Source of the DNA: Zygophlyctis sp. KS116
Lineage: Eukaryota > Fungi > Chytridiomycota
DNA: 31,960 nucleotides
NCBI GenBank assembly: GCA_054661495.1
Contig: BAAFSQ010000102.1
Span: forward strand, 1-31,960
Reading direction: 5' to 3'
Both the position numbers and the translations under genes were made by a program. The notes under the pieces are model-generated. The model saw nothing but the letters and a program-made list of their open reading frames with translations. It had not been told where the DNA came from and made no database searches. How positions within the stretch are numbered: position 1 is the stretch's first letter; the number at the start of each line of letters is the position of its first letter. Positions 1 through 10,917 of the stretch are shown here, piece after piece.

Positions 1-415
1 AGAACTAAACTCGGCTCATTTAATTGATCATAAATCTGCAACATCAGATGTACACTCGGTTCATTTATCGACTCATGAATTAGCACAGGCAGAAATAAAC
101 TCGTTTCATTCATCGACTCGTGAATTAGCACAAGAAGAACTAAACTCGGCTCATTTAATTGATCATAAATCTGCAACATCAGATGTACACTCGGTTCATT
201 TATCGACTCATGAATTAGCACAAGCAGAACTAAACTCGGCTCATTTATTAGACCATAAATCAGAAACAGCAGAAATAAACTCGGCTCATTTATCGACTCA
301 TGAATTAGCACAGGCAGAAATAAACTCGGTTCATTCATCGACTCGTGAATTAGCACAAGAAGAACTAAACTCGGTTCATTCATCGACTCATGAATTAGCA
401 CAAGCAGAAATAAAC
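1..415 (+). repeat. Coding tandem repeat: at least 9 units of 45 nt (15 aa) with a 135-nt higher-order period; continues off the left edge
   Basis: Units include ELNSAHLIDHKSATS, DVHSVHLSTHELAQA and EINSFHSSTRELAQE. Bases 1..~95 recur almost exactly at 136..~230. Confidence 0.95.
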
Positions 416-1553
416 TTGATTCATAAATCCTCAGAAATAATTTCGTATAAGAGCCATGATACTACAAGTATGGAACAGCACCAGGAAGTAAACCCCATTT
501 TTATGCCTCAAAAGCACACTCACGTCGAGTCTGCTTTAGAACGGCCTCTGGATAACGAAAGGCCGGTTATTTCAGTAAAAGGTTTTGAATTAGACAATTC
601 AACACCTACAGAAAATGTGAAAGTTCTCGCACCTGAAGCCAAGGAGATACCATATCAAGCCATTGTATTTCAATTATACTAAAGATTAGTTAGCAAATAT
701 AGCCAAGGTCACTCTTAAAGATGTGAAGTGCGAAATAAAGGTTATTAATCTGGAGTTTTTCTGCTCCGAGACAGCTAAAACTAACAAACCATTCAAGCAT
801 TTTTTCCCATTCAATACAAGGCAGATAGTATCCGTGAAACAGAAGAATGACGATGTTATAATTCACGCATGTGTAAGAAGAAAAGGAAACAAAGAAGGTT
901 CAAAGCTGAAGAAGTTATCGTTTGCATTCCCACCAAAATATGCTTCGCTATGGGTGGCTTCTTTAGAAAAAATTGTATTCGGAGGTACCATTTCTTTAGA
1001 CAATAATGCATTAGTTTCGCTTCTTGAAGGACAGAAACCAAGAGACAATAGGAAATGTATCTTCTTAATTGAGAAAAGCGATCATAAAGATGCAGTGAAG
1101 CATATAGAAAAATCAATGCGGCAGGTTTTCGAGGCTGCAGACAAGAACGTTGAAATCGTTTGTAATCAATTTATATGAATATTAATTATAGTGCTTCAAT
1201 TTAATGATTTTAGTGTCTCAAATGCACTAATTAATTTGGATTTTAAGCAAATTTCGAATATCATATGTATCAATAATGACTTCAGTCAAAGGCTGATGCA
1301 GATAATTGTTAGAAATCAGTTACATGCTAGTCCTTGTACATTTTAATCTTAATTAATATTATAGCACAACTAGTTTGTGAATCGGATCCGGTAGATGCAT
1401 CATTAACAATTATCAGGTGTAATACTAATTTTATAATAATTCCTAGCTTGCATTCTTGCATTACCTAAAACAGATATTCTATACATAAGCTCAATGTTCA
1501 TTAAAAGAGAGGAATCGGCAATAGGCGCTCTATTTAAAGCATTCAAAAAATAA
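2..1553 (+). CDS. 5'-partial gene: 15-aa repeat region, then PH-like segment, then degenerate DAGK/sphingoid long-chain-base kinase N-lobe (pseudokinase-like)
   Basis: Frame is open from base 2. Joined exons <2..664, 690..1161, 1192..1335, 1365..1418, 1447..1553 via GT-AG introns of 25/30/29/28 nt. The C-terminal part RKCIFLIEKSDHKDAVKHIEKSMRQVFEAADKNVEIV...LDFKQISNIICINND...DPVDASLTIIRS follows the layout of SphK/LCB4 catalytic N-lobes but lacks NPxGG and GGDG. Confidence 0.6.
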
Positions 1554-1574
1554 AAATAAATAAGTTGTTGATCT

Positions 1575-4500
1575 CTAAACTAATCGATCGTCTTTTCGGA
1601 TACTACTAGGAATAAGTTCTTTTTTGGCGTCATGTAGAATTGTATTTCTATCTTCTGGAGCAGAATTTTTTTTCGAGGCCTGTAACCTTCTTCTTGCCAG
1701 CTCCTCATATATTTCCCCATCATCATCAATACTTTGAATCGTAGCAGTGAGCTGACTAATAAGCGACGGCCGAGACTTAAATACTAATATTTCATCTTCA
1801 TTTACTGAACCACACAACGAATCATTCGTATCGGTATAATGAGCTGGAGTTTCACCAAAAGAATTTAGGGCGGCTTCCAAATTATTCTCGAAACCGAAAT
1901 TATGCTCTTTTGGCGGAATTGTTACTTTCTAAGAATTAAAATTGTCTACATTACCCTTACTTCTGGAGGACATGATAAGTCATCAATAGTCAGCGGTTTT
2001 GTATCTATTCCAGCTTGATTTGAAGAGCTAAATATTTTCGGTAAATTGTAAACTTGATCAAACTTATTAAATTCTGGAGGTTGATCTTCTGAATAATTAA
2101 TACCGCCAAAATCATCATTTTTAGATTTTAATTCAGTCTTTGGAGTTCCTCCTATACTATGTATGAGGTTTTGTATTTCGTCTAGCTCATCTAATGTAGT
2201 TTGATAAACGCTTTTTCTAAGATTACAGCTATTACTCTGAGAAATGTCTCTAGAATTCAAAGACTGGTGATGCCAATTGGATCCAGTCCATTTCCAGGTA
2301 TCAATTTCGCGGTCAGTGTCATCGCTCCGAACATGCATTTTTTTATGAGCGTTAGCACTCTGAGAATGATCACTTTGCTTTGAGCAAATTGTTTTTTTTA
2401 AGCTAGCTTTCATGGCGTGTGAAAAACAAACGTCTACCATAAACTGCCCAAGGCATTCACCACCGATTGAGTTAAGTGGATACCAACCATTAATATCATC
2501 AACGCCCCGATATAAAACGCCAATAGGAATAACTACATGGCCCAACAGATCTGATTTTTTATCAAGAAGGTTTATGGTAATCCGTTCTGATTTTTCAGAA
2601 GTTGATGACAACACAAGCCTAAATTTGAATCTATCACCCAATCCATCATGATCTGATAGTTTATCACAAAACAGATTATGAGACTCAATTTTACCCGTAG
2701 AAGTATTTAACCAATCAATTGAAAATTGTGAAATCGATAAACTATTATCTCCATTGTCCAAATTGAATGATTTGAATTTGTTTACTTGTAGTGAAATATA
2801 CATATCCTCATTTATTCGAGGCAGAGTGATTTTATGATCTGTCTTAGAATCATTTGCCAACAAATGATGACTTTTAGAATTTATTGATACCAACCGCTTC
2901 ATAGTTAGCTGGTGAAGTCCTGCTTCCTTTTTCCTTTTTAAGCAAGAAAATTCAACGCTGATTTGAGCGCCCACTGCGAAATCTTCATCGGAATTTATAA
3001 CATCATAGATTCGCTTTTGTACGGTTCCATCCAATTTTCCACGCGAATATTTGTTTGACCAAAGATCGTATATGTCCACAACAGCAACCCCGATTAGCCT
3101 AGTGCTGCCATTATCATTTGAAAGCCAAAAATTTATCTCCCAGTTGTGCGAATTATAATACTCAATAATTAGATCAGAATTAATATCAAAATCAATAGTA
3201 TGTCCAATTTGACTATTAGACTTTTCATCAAGTGAATTTTCAAAATATGTGACATCAGAGTTAAATTCACGAAATACTAATTGACCATTATCAAGCATTG
3301 GCAAAGTCCAGGTAGCATAAACGATACTGTCGGCGCTAATATTTCCATGTGCAATACTTAATTCTTTCAAATTGAAATTGAGAAAATAATAATAATGAGA
3401 GCTTATAGAAGATATACACCATGGTATAGTCCCAAGTTGAAACCCTGATTGAAAAAAAAGAGATACTTGAATGTAAGAAACCGGAACATCATGGCTTTGA
3501 TGTGATCGATCACTGGGGAATATTCCGATCCATTTTTCTTGAATTCCTTTCGGATTTTCAAGTAAAGGAAGTAGCGGAACGTCGAAGTAGCCAAGGGAAA
3601 ATGTCTTGCGATTGTCCAAACGGGAAAAAACTTCACCTTTCGCTGTACCACCAGTTCTTGCCCATTTTATAAATTCTGAGCCTAAGCCAACGACTGTCAT
3701 CTCAACGCAAGTGTCTGAAATATAGTGGAAATCATCATACACAATATCTGTAACAATTGATGAATCAAAATCTCCTGCTGCAAGAATATCTCCCGTTTCA
3801 GGCAGAACTACCAACTGAACAAAAGAATTAAACCGATCCGGCGCAATGTCAGAGGGTAAAAAGTGTTCCCAAAGAGTCTGCAAACCGCAAATTTTATGAA
3901 TCGTAAGAGATAAAACTACCTCGGAATCATCTGTCTGTTCAATCTCATTCGATAATTTCGCATCTTGAGGCAATGGGGGAGTTTTGGCCATATTTTTATG
4001 AACATTCAAATCCTTTACGGGCATGATTTCAGGTAAAACATGCTTATCTTCAGAAGTCTGTATCTCTGCATCAATATTTTTGGATTGAATGATTTGTTTC
4101 TGTAAATGTTCCATTGATAAAGACGACTTAACCTCGGAAACTTGCGTTAGCGACCCCACAGCTATAGTTGTCGTCAGCCATCCCACAGTAGATCCAGAAA
4201 ATGGATCTATCGTTGGATAATCAGCTTCTGGTATTATGAGAGGATATGCTGTATTTGGATTTTCAAGCAGAGCTAACAAATATGAGAAAGGAAGCTTAAC
4301 AATTCCAAGCAAAGATGGCCCATGTTCTATCTGCTGTGTAATGTTGGATTCATAGGAAGAAATCACATGCCATACTTCAATTATTAACTTGAGTTGATCA
4401 TTTCCTACGGACTGAGGCTTCATATACGGCAGCGTGAAAGAATGTTTAAGGTCGATAGAAGTGTTTGTCAATTGGTTCAACAGTGAATAATCGTTAAAAA

Positions 4501-6552
4501 GTACAGGAGGCGTATCAATCGGTTCTGGTAACGATGGAATTCTTATCGATAAATATGCCAAAACTGAGCCAGTCGAGCATAAATCCGCAAGCTTTTGAGA
4601 CCTTAAAAATGTAAAGTTGAGGAAAAGGTATGCTGACGGTAAAGCGTCTAGAATCTTATGATCATGATTTGAAATGCTTTCTTCACCAACAAGTGGTTTT
4701 TGTTGTATTTGAAGATTAGGAGGCGGTATAATATCAGATGCAAATTTCATGGTTAATACCAAGTTGCCTAGCAGTTTTTTTCTGGAGTTCTTATCCAAAT
4801 TCCATACAGGGACTTTTCCCGTCCATGATTTAGATAGCGAGGTTAAAATATTTCTTGACTCCAATATTCCACTACCAATCCACTCCGTTTTCAGCTTTGT
4901 ATTTAGACTTTCACTTCCACAAATTATTTTAATAAAAATTGAGCCATCCAACCAAATTTCTATTTCAGACGAGTCAAAAAGGATTGGACATGCGTCTTGA
5001 TAATCCACCACTATATCATTTGGATGATCATGTGTAATTTGAAAGCGATTTTTTGTAAATTTAGCGGTAGTATGAAAAATATGTGTGTTATTGTGCCCTA
5101 GAGGTATACTAATTTCAATCTTATATATCATTCCTGCAATAAGATCTGTGACTTGAAATTTGTCTATTGACAAATAAACTGAATGAATTCTACCAAATGA
5201 TGTAAGTTGATCTACTGAAAACATATCAAAGGAGTTTGGGTTATGAGAACGTTCACGATTATCATTTACCATTCCAATAACTTTTGTTTTTAATGCATCA
5301 TCAGATAATTCGTCCAATTGATCAATATCGCCAATGTTTAGTCCTTCATCTCCTATCAAATTATCATTGAGTGCTTGAATGATGGCATCATCATCTAATT
5401 GCAGTATTCCATCATCAGAACCTGAAAAGTTTGATAGAATTGAATAATCATCCGTTTGCTCCATTGTTTTTGGTGAATCAGGAATGAGCGCTTAACATTA
5501 AATATTTTATAAAATACCAGATAGAGCCTGATCAGCCACAGATGATTTGATTAAAAAATTTTGGGAAGCTAACAATGAATCTCCCATTGAATCCCTTAAT
5601 TTTTGAGCTTTTTGCATAATTAAATCAAATTCTTTAGAATTATCCGTTTTAAGGGGGGATTCTGGTGGTTTTTTACCCCCTAATGTCGGTATCTTTGATT
5701 CTACTGATTTTACATTCGTGGTTTTCTCCTTTAAAAGAGAAGCCTGTATATTGGAATTTTCATCAATATTAGAAGAATTTTCTAAAATTAGAATCAACGC
5801 TTTTACTTGTAGATTCTTCATGCCTTGAGAAATCCAAGAAATCATTTTCCGTCTCTTGAAACGCAGCGTCAACTATATTGTGATACTGAACAGGTGGAGA
5901 TCGCCTTGGCTCCTCAATCATACTATTTTCTTTACTTATCTATTATTAGTGAATTTAGCTATTATACCTTTGAGCTTGGTTTCTTCTTTGGTGTTTGAGT
6001 TGCAGAAGTATCCGACAATGCTGCTACATTCATGTCATTATTAGACTTTTCTTTAACTTGGGCCTTTGCAGTAACAGGTTTCAACTCTAATACTACATGC
6101 AGCTCTCCTATTTTTTTAGATTTTAACTGTTGATTCTTCCCAACATTTTCGGCTTTATCATCAAACGAGAAAATCGGATAAAATGAATTGATTGGCCGAA
6201 TAGGATCTTTTGCAAATGCTGAAACCGGCACTCTTACTATTCCGATAGTTTTATCCCCTTCCAGGACAATAATATTCAGATTTCCCATATCTGAGAGATA
6301 ATCCGAGAGTTGTTTCTTAAGACATTTTACAGACCAGCTGAATGATGTAATTCCTGATGATTTTATAGAGGAATTTATATTTAATGGATGCAATGTAACG
6401 CCTTCTTCTTCGCCCCACCATTTTACATGTACAATTGCATTAGTGGATTTGCTAGCTAAATTCAACTTGAGCGTCATCCGCTGACATTTAATGACCATCA
6501 TGAACCTTGTGGGGCCACTCACTCTAGGGGGGACCGTTGGATCCTTTCTCAT
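1575..6552 (-). CDS. C2CD3: C2 domain-containing protein 3 (distal centriole/basal body protein)
   Basis: N-terminus VPPRVSG...VHVKWWGEE...VKCLKKQLSDYLSDMGNL...INSFYPI...KKIGELHVVLEL matches the C2CD3 N-terminal domain; several C2-like domains follow in the 1172-aa ORF (e.g. LLGIVKLPF, LLGHVVIPIGVLYRGVDDINGWYPL). Introns 5940-5967, 5782-5806, 5491-5517 and 1929-1954 (or 1929-1960). Confidence 0.88.
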
Positions 6553-6583
6553 CGTAAAGTCTAACGCGACGCGCAGCAAAATC
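6553..6583 (-). promoter_or_regulatory. CG-rich 31-nt spacer with tandem CGCG elements (MCB/E2F-like) directly upstream of the C2CD3 ATG
   Basis: + strand AACGCGACGCGC at ~6563-6574; 5 CpG in 31 nt in AT-rich DNA. Confidence 0.4.
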
Positions 6584-8027
6584 TTATTTCGGACTAACAA
6601 AACAACCTTCCCATACTGGAATCGCAGGAGTATCCTTTAAAATGTGTTTATACGTACCAATATCTGCGAATAGAGATGATACAGCAAAAAGATTTCCTGA
6701 TAAATGGTTTGGGCATTGATCATCTGGAACCAAATAACCATATGATCCCAGTAAAGAGTTTTTAATTCCTACATTTAATTCAGATTTGGGGGATCCCATG
6801 ATTTTATACTTTACTTGAAAATCTGCTACAATAGACAATTCAGAATTTACAATATTCACTCCAGACCACGATCGTTTCATAAATCCACCAACTTTATCCA
6901 ATGTAGAGAGAGAGAATCTATCAATAGGCGTTTGTTTTCTTTGTGAATTTGCATCAGAAGAAAGTTCAAATTGGTTTGAGCTCAAGAGATTAGATTTTTC
7001 ATGCCCACCAATTGATAAGAGTGAAATGTGAAAATCTTTAGCAGTAGAAACAAGGTTGGAATTAAAAGACACTTGTTCATTTGAAGATACAGAAGAGACT
7101 GAATAAATTGAAAATACAGGATTTGCTTCAATCATTCCAGGTAACTCAAAGCCTGGAAACTCTTTCTGATATAATACTGTCTGTACTCCACTAGCCTTTT
7201 CCTTGAGTCCTCCTCCCAAATTGAGGGATCCTAGTATATTTCCAGAAACAAAAGCTTCCATTGAGTATTTTGATTTTATAGATCCTCGAATATTCAAAAC
7301 AAGATCTATTTCACCGTGAAGCTATAATTTAGTAGTTTAGAACTTACATTACAACTTTCACATTTTATAAATCCACCGGTTGAACCTAAATTCCAAGTTT
7401 TATCTGAATCAAAGCTGAATACATAGGGATATATCCAAGTTTTATTCTCTGGCTGATCATTAAGTTGCGAAATATAATGATCAATATCCTGATCAGCCTA
7501 TAATTATCAAGTAAAAATATACTGTATCGAAATGATTGATTGGGAGAACCAAAATATTTACAAATGCATCAATACCAGCATCCGATGCAGTTTGAATATC
7601 AAAATCAATCTTATTTCCATTAATATTCCAGTTTTCTGAAACGTAAAATGGATCTTCTTGAGTTGGGCAATCATAGTAATCCATAACCAATATTATTTTA
7701 TCTAAATCAGACCATTCATCAAATACTTGAGGATTATTAGTCTCAACAGAGACTTGAGACTCATCGCAACGCACACTTTGAATTCCTGGAAGATTCATCA
7801 AGTGAAACACTGGAATGTCCGAAGATACTTGAAACAGCGCATGATAAGAAGCTATCGTTAGACAGGAAAATCGTACCGTTTGAATTCAATTTCTGTTCAT
7901 AAGAGGCTCTTGATACACTGATTGGCTTCTGATAACGAGGCCTTGGGATCATATCAGCATATTTTGGCTTATAGATCGGAGCAGAAAAAGCTCCAGAGAG
8001 GATAAGAGGTATCAGTAAACTAAACAT
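6584..8027 (-). CDS. Secreted beta-rich hypothetical protein (resembles fungal DUF7029/DUF7223-type secreted proteins)
   Basis: Signal peptide MFSLLIPLILSGAFSA. Introns 7852-7876, 7498-7522 and 7322-7347 join three ORFs. Motifs VRCDES, IKCESCNLHGEI and FELPGMIEANPVFSI; the family call is from recalled pattern only. Confidence 0.6.
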
Positions 8028-8103
8028 TTTTAAAACAATTATTATGCTCTCAAGTGACCAATACAGCGTACTGCTGTCAAAATCAGCATCAAAAGCGTCA
8101 TGT

Positions 8104-9345
8104 TCAAGCAAGCTTTGGCTTTAAAATATCTTCAATAGACTCTATACCAACTATAATTAGTCTTTTTATAAATTACAATGACTAATCAGTCTTTCTAAAT
8201 GCGGTCCAATTTCCCAATAAGGAATAAATAGTTCAAATTCAAGTGATGCGTACACTGAAAACTCATGCATGCATAATTCCTTTGGAGAAATATCGAATAC
8301 TTTATCTATATTCTAAATTATTAGAATTTCTAGTATTTTTACCTCTTTTAGACGTTTTTCACGTCCTTCCAACTTTGGATCATTAACTTTTCCAGCTAAT
8401 ACAAGACAAATTGCAGCTACAATCTTTCTATTTGAATAATTTACAAAATTCTACAATTTAAATCTTTAAAATATACCTTTACAATCAATTTTTCTAAAAA
8501 TACAATTGCACAAGCCAATGAAGAAATTTCCATATCTACTGATTTAGCAATTTCAATCATTTTAGATTTCAAGTCTCTAATATCATAAAGAGAAATATTT
8601 TCATCTAATCCTGGCAGTCTTTCTCTAAGATATTCATTTTGAGCTTTAGAAACATCTGATTCCTTTGAGTGTTGAATTATAGATCCTTTAAAGCAAGGAA
8701 GAGTGATTACAATTTTATTTCTACCAGTTTGAAAGTCTGGATTATCAACAAGATAAGGATTGTATGAAGAATTATCAAGTGATTTTGGACAAAGAGAATA
8801 AGCAGGTTCTAATAATACAGCATATGATTCTGCTTTTCTTCTTTTAACAATTGATTCCATTGCAATTCCCAAACCAACACGATCTCTAAATACTAAGTAA
8901 TCCAAAATACTTACAATCCAAACATTGTTTTTGGACCTCGATGCCTTTTTGGCTTATATTTTTCCCTGACTGGAATTACTGAAAATAATACTAGCGGACT
9001 TCCTCTGATGGTAAGCAGCAGTCTTTCACCAAAGAAACTTTCTGGTAAAACAACTTCTCCTTGACGATACATTTCAATTGGGATATGTACAACTGTTTGA
9101 GGTGCATCGGGTGCTTTTGGCTCAACAACAAAATCAGTTAATTCTATCGGCGCATTCGTCCAAGAAAGTCCGGTGCTGATATTTCCCAAAAAAGAAACTG
9201 CTGCTGTCTGCTTTGATATATATCCTTGATTGGGATCCGGTTGGCGGGGGGTGGGGGCCCATGTGGATGCAGTCGGAGTTGGAACGGGAGATGTAGCAAT
9301 CTTTGAAAGAAACTTTATTGACTCTTTGGTCTTGTCAAATTCCAT
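8104..9345 (-). CDS. CABLES-like cyclin-box protein (CDK5 and ABL1 enzyme substrate family)
   Basis: AAVSFLGNIS N-motif; YNPYLVDNPDFQTGRNKIVITLPCFKGSII...NEYLRERLP...IRDLKSKM...ACAIVFLEKL...NRKIVAAICLVLAGKV...EFSVYASLEFELFIP..EIGPHLERL parallels the CABLES C-terminus. Introns 8886-8914, 8451-8476, 8313-8342, 8151-8176. Confidence 0.85.
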
Positions 9346-9371
9346 TGGAACCGAAAACCTAGAAGCGGCGC

Positions 9372-10854
9372 TCAAACAACTAAATTCAATTGTTGAACAG
9401 AACCAATGTCACTCATTCCATCATCAATATCATATGGCTCTTCTCCTGGTTTCTTAATCGCCATTGGAGACATAATCATTTCCCATATTCTTCCAAGTGT
9501 AAGTTTTGGAGTTGTCTTTTTGACCCTGCGCGAGACTGATGTGAACTTTTTGCTTCTTAAATCTGTTTTTTCTTCAAATTTAGAGTGTTCATTAGTAGGT
9601 TTTAAGAATGGTACATTTGATGGCAGGTTTTCATTTGATAAAACGATGTCTATGTTATGAGTTTCTAGACTGTAATTCATATGATCTTTTAAAACTTCTT
9701 TAGCCCAAACGTATTTAGCCCTGGTTGCTACATTATCAATCATGGGCGATTGAGGTGATAATAGTTTTGTAAGAACTGGTTCATCAAACTTTTTTTCTGT
9801 ACAATAAATAGTTATGTGTAAAGGTGAATTTTGCCAAGATATAGTTTCCCAAATAAATATTTTAACGTATTTCTATTTTAAGTTTTAAAAGCTTTACCTT
9901 TTTAATAGGATCAAGAATACTAATTCCAAGTTCATTTACTCCAACTAACCATCTTTGGACGCGATGTTCCTAATATTTAAGAATTTAAAATCTTACAAAA
10001 TATCCCAAAGGAGGTCTTTCCTCGCAAACAGGAAAAAAACATGATCCATAAACTGGTAATGATATTGCCTGCCTTAAAAATTCAGATGAAGAATCAAAAT
10101 TGACTGGTAGCTTTTTATATTCTCCAATGATTTTAGACACTGTAGTTGAAGTTATTTTATAATCAGTAGGTAGAATTTTGTAAAATGTTTCCAAATCAGC
10201 AGATAGCTTTGGCTCTGATGTTTTATTATACTCGCCATATCGATTAAACAGCTGATATGCAGCAAATTTATATTCCTCATCTGCACTTACTACATAACGA
10301 TTGTTTAAAAAGTTTCTTTTGGCTTCACCATACAGTAATTTAACAACAACTCTAGAGTTTAAGGCTTTTTGATCATTGCTTTTAGGTTGAATGGCAGCTC
10401 TCTTGTATACAAAAAAGTATCTGTTTATAGGACTGTTAGCGGTGGCCGCTTCAGTATAGTGTGTATATTGTAACATTCTAACAAGTAAGTCAATATGATA
10501 TTACATAATATGCCATTTAAGCAATAGATCTGTCATTTGCTGTTCAGGATCCAACTGTAATTCTAAATCTTTTCCAAACGTCCATAAACGGAACAGAGAC
10601 GCGAACTTTCGAGGAATATTCAACTGATCGACTATTGCGTTACATATATCTGTTGCTGCGAGATCTTGGTTTCTTATTTTAATCACCAAATCTTTCTCAA
10701 TATCCCCCAAGAATACTCTAACACGCACACTAGTATATAAATAGTTCTTATTCGTGTCTACAACTCTTTGAAATGCTGGCTTGTATTTTGTATCTTCCGG
10801 CACTTTTTTCTCTGTATCAGTCTTGCGATGTAACAATTTATCAAGGAGTTCCAT
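9372..10854 (-). CDS. FERM-domain protein, FRMD8/KRIT1-like
   Basis: FRLWTFGKDLELQL, VVKLLYGEAKRNFLNNRY, LPVYGSCFF, LVGVNELGISILD and SPQSPMIDNV match FRMD8/KRIT1 FERM F1-F3. Introns 10478-10504, 9970-9996, 9873-9897. Confidence 0.8.
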
Positions 10855-10917
10855 GATTTTAAGATTGTTTGGAACGAGATTACCAATACGTCATTCAAAC
10901 AAAATTCCGAACCAATA
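10855..10917. promoter_or_regulatory. 63-nt bidirectional promoter between the FERM gene and the cyclase gene
   Basis: Divergent ATGs at 10854 and 10918. Contains two CCAAT, TACGTCA, and inverted TTGTTTGGAA / TTCAAACAA. Confidence 0.55.

Noticed and set aside
1-415. Repeat array as CRISPR or satellite DNA
   Set aside because: No unique spacers; units are 45 nt (3n) and translate without stops into the downstream ORF; eukaryotic context.
9372-9375. Overlapping TTG start / TGA stop resembling bacterial translational coupling
   Set aside because: TTG and GTG starts are artefacts of the ORF caller; the first ATG of the CABLES gene is at 9345.
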